Below are positions 51,637 through 64,000 of a stretch of DNA of 64,000 nt, in pieces. Numbering within the stretch: position 1 is the stretch's first letter; each line of letters starts with the position of its first letter. Under the pieces are notes generated by a model. The model worked only from the letters and a program-made list of their open reading frames with translations, was not told the origin of the DNA and did no database searches. The stretch lies in assembly GCF_009914755.1 (NCBI RefSeq), contig NC_060930.1; one strand, 5' to 3'. The position numbers and the translations under genes are program-made. The DNA comes from the human T2T-CHM13v2.0 reference genome, Homo sapiens.

Positions 51637-53794
51637 CAGGTTCTGATTAGAACACTAAGATAAATTATTTGGAAAAAATTTCTTCAAGAGAAAGGTATTC
51701 GTCTAGGAATCATCTATCAGAGAGTTACCATGTATGAAGTACTGTGTGCTAAAAGAGAGAAAAATAGTGTTTACATGTTATCTTGGAAAGTTAAATTGAT
51801 GGAATTTACTGAGAGGTGACGACTTTTGCTTTTAGAAAGATATAAAGGCAATTCGCCATTTACGTAGCAGTTTTCAAGGCTTATGGCAGTCTGCATCAGG
51901 CACTTACACTGAATGCACTTTGATTATGGTATAAATCATTCAGACTGTGTCCATTTTGTTTGAAAGTATTGTTTATTGAATACATTGCCTACAGATGATA
52001 TCAGGGAAATAACTTTTGTTATAAACCATAACTGATGGATTAGATGGTAAGGCTTAGTTCCAGAGGAGGGGGTTCCAAGATGGAGTTTCAATTAACGCAA
52101 GAGGGTAAGACTTGGAAGTTCTTGTGAGCGAGGCATCTTAGGGGAACTATAAAATCCACCCCTACTCTGGCTCCACTCCTACCAGATAAAGAGATGCTTG
52201 GAACATGAGATCCTGGAGGATTTGTCTCTTTCCTGGGGCCTGAAAAAATGAGTATGAATACTGCCTGACTACATTGTAAGGCACCACTGTGCCTGAGCAC
52301 GTTATAAGGCACCAATATATTTGGCTCTCGAAAGGGAAAATAGTTTATTTATAAGCCAGTTGTCCCTGAAGAGTTCTCCCCATTGTGATAAGGGGATGCT
52401 AGAAAGTGGGTTGGGCTAGTGGCTGCAGAACAGGTGGACACAGTGTCTGCCTGTGTTACCCCTAGTGGAGGGATGGTCCTGCCTGAGGTCAACCACCAAC
52501 TTAACACCAGACACCTCCACCCACTTCTCATGACTAGACACCCCAGGGGAGGGAAAAGGCCAATTCAGAACTAACTGAGTTTATGCCTCACTTGACCGAA
52601 AAACTTTGAAGTGGCTGAGAAAAAAAAAATACGTGGAATTGACTTAATTAAGTTTCTGCCATCCAGCAACTAAGCTCAATTATAAAGACAAATATTATTT
52701 TACATATCTGATTTTTCTCAGCTAAAAATATTGTGCTGACAAAGATTGCTGTAATTTCAGTAAATGTGCTCTATTTCCTATGTGGATGTATAAAATGATT
52801 TTGGAGCATTTATTTGATACTAGGATCAGCTTCATAGATAGGATTGTAAACTATTTTATAAAGTCCCTTTAATGGATTAATAAGGAGAAATTAATTACCA
52901 TATGTTGATATGCTCAGAAATGTTTACGTAACCTATTAGTTGATTGGAAATTTTAAAATAATTATGTTTCAAGTAAGAAATCACCAATAGCAGAAGTTCA
53001 ACAATATCAATTACAAAAACCTTCAGGATTTTGCCTGTCAATTTCTAGAAATGCTCATTTAAGGGAGCAGATTCTATTCTGTGAATGCATTTAGAGTGTT
53101 TGGGGCTGATTGTATGACATCCTAACTTTTTTCATAATTGTAAGACCATTGAGAGAACCATTGAATTACATTTTTGAATTAAATACTTTTTTCTTTTTTT
53201 TTGCTTTTCTTACTTTTTAAAGCAGTTGAACTTAATCTTTTATTGCTCTAAAAGTATGGCTCAAGTAATTTGTAAGGATTTCCCTTACGGATGTATTTTT
53301 TTACATACCTGGTAATCAACTATTTCTCCAAGGGTTTTGGAGACATCAACGTTCTGAGTATGGCTAAGACTTGGGTGGTTTTACCCAATCACAGAACTCC
53401 CTGTGTTCACTATAATGCATATCATAGATCTAGGTTTATGTCTAGACAAATTCTTTACTCTGAGACCTCAGTGATTGAGAAGGTTGTTTTGGATTTATGT
53501 AGCCTAAAGTAACTAATGATTGTGCTGCATAATTTTTATTAGGAATCTGTTACATGTCCACTCATTATCTTTCTTACCTTTATCTCTTTTTATCTGAGTT
53601 GATTTTCAGATACATTCTTTCTTGGCAGGTATTATATTATGCTCATTGCTGAAATTCCTAAAGATTACTTCCTATTGCTTTTCAATTATCATTAATAAAT
53701 TTGCGTGCAATGTTATAGGAAACTTAGGATGGGTGGTGTTTTTAACAGGTTGTAACCTAAGCCTGAAAAGGCTTGTTGTGGAAAGTTTTAAGAA

Positions 53795-54620
53795 AAGCTT
53801 ATGTATTTTTGACATATAATAAACTGCAAACATTTAAAGTGTACAATTTGATATGCTTTGCAATAGATACATACCTGTGAACCCACCACTATGATGAAGA
53901 TAATGAACATATTCATTATGTCCCAAAGTTTCCTGTGCCATGGTAATACCTCCTTCCTGCCTTTCCCTGTCCCTCTTTTCATCCCCACGCAACCACTGAT
54001 CTGTTTTCTGTGACTATAGATTACATTTTCTAGAGTTTAATATAAATGGGATTGTACTGTATGTACTGAAGTTTTCATCTTAATTCTTTCATTGAACATA
54101 AATATTTTGAGATTTGTTACATGTATTGATAGTTCATTTCTTTTAATTGTTTTTTCCCCATTGTATGGCTATATGACAATGTGTTTATCCACTCATCTGT
54201 TGGTGGTTATTGGAATTATTTCCATTTTGTGGCTTTTACTAATAAAGCTGCTATTAAGTCATCATATGGACATATGCTTTTATTTTCCTTTGTAAATACC
54301 TAAAAGTGGAATGGCTGGATCTTATAGTAGGTGTAGGTTACACTTCTTAAGAAATGGCCAAACTGTTTTCTAAAGTGGTTGTGGCATTTTACATCCTATA
54401 AGCAGTGCATGAGAGTTGTAATTACTCCATATTGTTGACAATCGCTCACTTGGTATGGTAAGTCTTTTTAGTTTTAGCTATGTAGTGGTATCTCATTGCA
54501 CTTTTAATTTATACTTCCTTAATGTTAAATGACATTGAAACACTTTTCCTGTGCTTCTTTGACATGCAGATATCTTCTTTTATAAAGTATTTGTTGAACA
54601 ATTTTGCCTATTTTAAAATT
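53795..54620 (-). mobile_element. L1M (L1MB/MC-like) 3' region
   Basis: 'tgacatataataaactgc...tttaaagtgtacaatttgat...gcaaccactgatctgttttctg...gtggaatggctggatc...ccaaactgttttctaaagtggttgt'. Confidence 0.85.
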
Positions 54621-54629
54621 TTTACATAT

Positions 54630-55195
54630 ATAACTCAGAGATTCCAAGCCCATTCATACATTTGGTTATTCATTAGAAATACTCACAGGACTCAGAAGCA
54701 GCCGTAATCCTGATTATATTTTTTTAGTGATCAGCAATGGAAAAAGATACGTCAGGTAGTCTGGAGGAATCCCTGCACAGACTTCCAACATTTTCTCTCT
54801 CAAGAGGGATCACACAGAAATGCTCCTCCTCCACCAGTGAAATGCCCCAATATATGTGTAGTGTTTTGGCCCAGGAAACCTTGTTTGAGACTCAGAGTCC
54901 AGAGTTTTTATTTGGGGCTAGTTATATAGCTACCCTTTGCTGGTGTGGCCAGCCACACGTAGCAAATTTCCAGAAGGGAAGCAAGTATTCACCATCAACC
55001 ACATTTTCTTATACAATCAGTGTAGGCAAGCTGGTACAACAACACTACAGTAACTCATGTAGACAAAACAGACTTATTAACATAGAGAATATTCTGAAAG
55101 CCAAGTCCTCAGATGCCAGCCAAAGGCCAATTCTGCAAGCAGACCCATCTAAAGATAGTAACCCCCAAAATGCTACGTTATCTCTCTCTCTCTCT
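54630..55195 (-). mobile_element. MER21-like LTR
   Basis: 'actcacaggactcagaagcag...gagactcagagtccagagtttttatttgggg...cagatgccagccaaaggccaattctgcaagcag...tctaaagatag'. Confidence 0.6.
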
Positions 55196-55196
55196 C

Positions 55197-55232
<36 letters not shown>
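55181..55232. repeat. Compound microsatellite (TC)8(TA)2(CA)16
   Basis: Seen directly in the sequence. Confidence 0.95.
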
Positions 55233-55235
<3 letters not shown>

Positions 55236-57109
55236 TTTTATTTTCACCAAAATAATCTTGTTATTGTGGGATATCAAGAAGAAGTGAGAATATGGTAAAC
55301 CAGAAAAAGTCATTATGTTGGAAAAAGTAAATAACATAAGATACAGGGAAGCACAACATCTGGGAATGTGGTATTTGCCTTGGTGCCATAGCTGCTGGGA
55401 TTTGAGTCAGATGTAATTTATAATAATTTGGTAAGGAATCCAGTTTCACCCAAAGATAGAACTTGCTTGATCTGATTGGAAAGTGAGGCTGAGAATAGGA
55501 TGAGGTTTATAAAAACATAAAACTTTCTTCCGGGTTGTTCTTCAGCATGACCTGAAGCCCAGGGGACATATTGGAGGCAAGTTAAGGAATGAATTCAGTG
55601 GAGGGGGGTTACCACTCTGGTAGCACCTCAATCCCAGAAAAGAAATCTTTGGGATGAACATGGCATGCTCCCTCTGGGAGGCTAGATGGGTGCCTTTGGG
55701 GACATGAATCTTTCTACATCAAGCAGTGTTGCCCTCTTGAGCTTATTTTGATTAGTGCTTATTAAACTGCTTGTCTTAAATTCTATGTCCCACCCTCTTT
55801 ACCCATGAAAGCTTCTTGTCATATAATAAACAATGACCTCCCCAACATTCTGGTGGTAAAAAGTACTTCCCATGAGGCTGTTTTTCTTTTTCCAGAATGT
55901 TCCCCAGTGCAAGCCAATGGGGTATGAAGGAGAATGAGGATGTGTGTAAATTAATAGTTCAATCCAGGTGGGCAATGTTCTACTGGTCTATCTTAATCCA
56001 AGGACAGGTTTTAGAGTATGTGGTGGAACTGACTACTGGAATCCTTCAGGCTACATTGTATAACTGTTGCTTTTCTTAATTTGTTTTTTGATAGCCATGT
56101 AAAGCCTTTCCACTAGGTTCAAGATTAGGCTTCCTGAAAAGTACTTGAAGAATAGGTATCAGATAAGTTCTTGTTAATAGGTGAGAGGCACTGGCTTTGA
56201 ATTTATATTATTATGTGAAAATGAAGGCAGTCGAGAAAGACAGTTGTCTAGTCAGGGTCACCCCTCCTTAGTGAGAGGATGTGAAGTTACATTAAAGGTA
56301 AAGTTACAGTAAAGGTAGTTAGTTAAGAATGGATAAAGGGACTAATTGAAATTTGTCTTTGATGAAAATAGTAGATATTTAGTTTATGGGCTGTCACCTG
56401 TAGTTTGATTATGCTGCTACATTTTTTTAGGTCAAATTATCAAACGTAAATTTTCTAATTTTACCTTCATGAGAGATATGGATTTTGTTATCTGTATCTT
56501 TTGGAATTGTGTTAAAAATCAAACAAACAATTCCTATAAAGCTTCTCACCCCTGATGCCAAACATTGGTTGAGGTAACCTTATTTATTGAATGCTAACTT
56601 TATTAAATGAATATAATTTCTATCAGTGCCATAATTATTATTGTGCTTATTGTGAGTTATTGATATGCTTAGTGCCTAAGGAGCAGAAAGCCATGTAAAG
56701 ATATTTAAAAGCTTTCAGGTCTTCTACTAATACAACACTAACCATAGTCCTGAAATATTTTGATATTACATTCCAGATATGAAGAGAGTCTCCACACATC
56801 TATTTAGCATGTTACCATTTCAAATATTACTTTCATCTTTTTAATGGAGACAAAGATGACTCATCGGATTCATTTACTTTCATTAAACTACTTCATGCTT
56901 CTTGAGATCAACTGTGGCAAAAGTGGAGGAAAACAATTTTCAAAGACAAAGAGTTGATGTTAGCAGTGAGCAGCAACATCAAGACCATGTCTATATTGGC
57001 ACAAAGTGAAGTAAGGATCTGGTAATCAAAGGATTAATTTGTTCTGAGTAAATAGTCATTTCTGATGATAATGTTGATGATGATGGAAGTGGTGGTGGTT
57101 GTGGTGAAG

Positions 57110-57360
57110 ATACTAACCCAAACTACCACTTTTTGAGTACTTATCAGGTGTCAGGCAATGTTCTCAGCACCATTCTTGCATTAATTCATTTAGTTATCAA
57201 ATAATTCTAAGAAGTAAGTCTTATTTTTACCCTCATTTTTACAGACAAGTAGATTGAAGAACAGACGGGTTAAGTAAATTGTTCGAAGTCACACACTAGT
57301 AGTGGTAGAGGCAGGATTCATCCCTAGGCAGTTTAGTCCTGATACTGTACTCTAAATCGC
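57110..57360 (-). mobile_element. MIR SINE
   Basis: 'ttgagtacttatcaggtgtcaggcaatgttct...cctcatttttacagac...ggttaagtaaattgttcgaagtcacac...ggcaggattca'. Confidence 0.8.
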
Positions 57361-60286
57361 TATTTTTTAAATATGCAAAAGTGACAATGTTATGTAATCT
57401 AATGTTCTAAATGATAATCTAATGTTATAAACTCTCTAACCATCTCTAACCACCTCACATGATTGTCTTCAGACACAAAAAGGATTGGTGAATGGGAAGC
57501 ACTTTTAAAACTCGGAATATAATAAGTAACACAAGGATGAATTATTTAACCAAAACCTTTTATTAAAAAAGTTTTTAACATTTTTAAAACCATGGTGAGC
57601 TTGCTTGACTTTACACACAGGTGTTTAAATCCAGGGCTAAAGATATTACTGTTTACTTTCTCTGGGAAGCCTAATGCATGAGTCAAAAAGAGGAGAGCCT
57701 ATAGGGAATGTTTAAAGGTGTTGGATAGGCTGTTTTGCTTCAAAATCCTTCATAACACATCTCTTCTGGTTCTGGGAACTCCTCCATTTGAGGCAGAATG
57801 GTACAGAGAAGAACTAGTGCACACAAGATCAGGGCTGGTGTGGCTGGTACAGCAGGCCAGTGAGGTGCAGAGGGCAGAGGATGGGCCTGGCTTCAGTTTC
57901 TGGTACTTTTAAGGCCCTTTCCACATTTAACAATCCTTTGGGTGATGGTCATGCCTGTTAAAATGCACAGCCTCATAGGATCGACCTAATCAGTAATACC
58001 TAGTGAGAATTAATTAATTAGATTATTTTCAGGTAAACATACTAGGGAAGGGCTTGCATTAGGGTTAATGGTAGTTGGAGGTGGGTAGAGGGAAAAGTGA
58101 ATGGCTACAGGAGGAAGTCCTGTGGAGCTGGTAGCATCAAGAGGGTGCTCTAGATCCTTGAGAGGGTCCTACAGATTCTCAACAAGTGGCCCGTAGTGGA
58201 AAATAACGAGAACCGAGTGAGATGAGGAAGGCACAATCGGAGCTTTTTGTTTCATGTCATTGCTTGTGTCTGTTTTTTATCATAGTTCCACTTCCCCTAC
58301 TGCCCCTTTGTACCCTGCAGCCTTTCCCTTACCTCAGGAAAGATCTAAGGATTCCTTGACATGCCCACTCCCCACTCCCATTAATTAATTTCCTCATCCT
58401 CTGCACATACTAATGTTGAACTCTATTCCCTATCACCTGTTTTTTGATTTGACTTTCAAAATACACAAGCTATGGGAAGGAACTGAAAGGTGGAAAGAAA
58501 AGTACATCTGAGATTACTGATTTTTTAAACCTAACTGTTTACTTCTTCCTGTTGTGTGAAAAACTGCCTTCTGTGACTCTCTGCAGATAAAGTTCAGGAG
58601 TTGAAGCCTTATGTTTTGCATAGGAAATCATAAACTCACAGTTTTAGAGCTAAGTTTGACTGTAGTTCAGATCTTTTTCTTAAAGGGACAATTTAATGCA
58701 TCCCCAAATATTTGAGACTCTCACAAGATATGGCAGGTCTTCTGATTGCTAGTACCATGAAATTTCCATTCCACTACATCAAAATACTGAGTACCCACCT
58801 GTGTGTGTACCAACCCCCCCAGTATATTCACACACACATGCACACTCTTATTGGTTCTAAGACCAGTTCCTGTGCCTGAGCCGTCAGTGATGGAAACAGC
58901 TTTGCTACTATTTTCCCTTACACTGTTATTAGGCCTATGATTTGCATGTGGTATAGAGAGGTGGTTACCATGTTGAGTACATCCAGTTTGTCTACATATC
59001 TAAGTACTGGTCTAAAGTGATTTATTACTATTTTCATGATGTCAAGATTCCTAAGTGGCACCAGATGAAATTTCAAACTGGGACATGGTTACCCTGGTTA
59101 TATTCCATTTTATGTTTTGAGACTGCAAAGAGAGATGGATTTGTGTTTGTGTTTTGTAAGCATTATAATTAAAATCTCCTTAAGGACAGGGATTTTGTCT
59201 GTGTTATTCACCAGTGTGTCAGCACCCAGAACACTGTTAATAACTGTTGACTGAAAAACATTAGCCTTATCATATGTACTGATCTTTGCAGTAGAGTCAA
59301 GCCCTGGAAATATTGTGCCCTTTTTCTGGTCTTGTCAACTCATTTCCCTCACCCCAACCCCCAATTTATTTTCTACTATAACATTACTGAAATTGACCAG
59401 ATATAATTCAGTGAATATTATTTCCATTGATTATTTAGCAAAATCTATATAAAGCTGTTTTTAAATACCCAGTAAGTTCTGGGTGGAAAACAAAATTAAT
59501 ATTGGCACTGAATGCTTTAAATAATATCTGGACTTGAATGGAGAATGTATAGTGTACATTATCTCTGCTAATGTCTCAGCATATGCCAATTTTGTGAATT
59601 TGCTTGGCAGATCAGTATATGTTTTTTCCCAGAAAGCTCTACTTCCATTTTATAGTTTGGCTAATCAAAGAACAAAAAGATTTTTCTTTTATTTTTGGCT
59701 TTTTAAGCTTTAAAAATGAAGGTGGACATAGGAAGTCAGACTTACCCATATCCCTTTATGAGGATAGTGAAAAAAGTTATCAATCAGCTAAACATGAGTT
59801 TAATAACAGAAATTATGGAAAATATTGCTGTCCTGAACAGTGGAAACTGACAAAATAATTGTGTTTACTTGGAGATAAAAGGGAACCTACTTCCAGTTGT
59901 TCTTTTAGAAATAAAATAACCAGTGATTCTGTAATACTTTACCAGATTTGAGCAAATATTCCCTAATATATGTCCTCTTGTTTTGAACTAATTTAGACCT
60001 GAAGTGAGCATACTTCTGGTCTCAGTCTGATTTTATTTTAAAGGTTAGAAATATCCTGAAATTTTGAAGCAATGATTAATGTATACCTTGTCATATATTG
60101 GACATCCAATTATTCAATAAGATTTCAACATATTACAAGTCTGAATACAAATGTCATAATTTTAAATTTGGTTCATCAGTATTGTATATTTATTGAAGGA
60201 AAGGCAAATTGACTTTTTACTTTTGTATTTTTTTCTTTTAAAAAATAGTTTTGTGAGATTTAATTTATATGCCATATAATTCACCC

Positions 60287-64000
<3,714 letters not shown>

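Noticed and set aside
54737-55255. 172-aa plus-strand ORF
   Set aside because: It runs through a MER21-like LTR and a TC/CA microsatellite (LSLSLYTHTHTH), so it is a chance open frame.

Overview
Primate (catarrhine, probably human or great ape) non-coding genomic DNA, AT-rich and dense in repeats. I could not support any intact protein-coding gene. Main elements: (1) a complete 6.0-kb HERV-H provirus on the minus strand (2149-8158) with two LTR7-type LTRs, a 5-bp target-site duplication (TSD) GTTAC, a His-tRNA primer-binding site, and defective gag/pro/pol; (2) a full-length processed pseudogene of citrate synthase on the minus strand (about 46780-49649) with both UTRs, a poly(A) remnant and a TSD; (3) a young but disabled L1PA-type LINE-1 on the minus strand (60287 to the window end); (4) many solo LTRs with readable TSDs (LTR10-type, MLT2A2-type, THE1, MST, MLT1), three Alus, MIR, L2 and old L1 fragments, and DNA transposons (MER20, Tigger3 with nested MER1B, MER5). 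The most notable structures are a 57-bp-arm inverted repeat (32973-33110), three tandem p53 half-sites in the LTR10 solo LTR, an 86-bp local duplication (17420/17857), a perfect palindrome rebuilt at the MER20 end, and a CpG-rich unique segment with an exon-like interval and a 73-aa ORF resembling a prepropeptide (15931-16262). Repeat subfamily names come from my recall of consensus sequences, not from a search. I see no convincing evidence for a wholly new biological system, so the findings are testable candidates.
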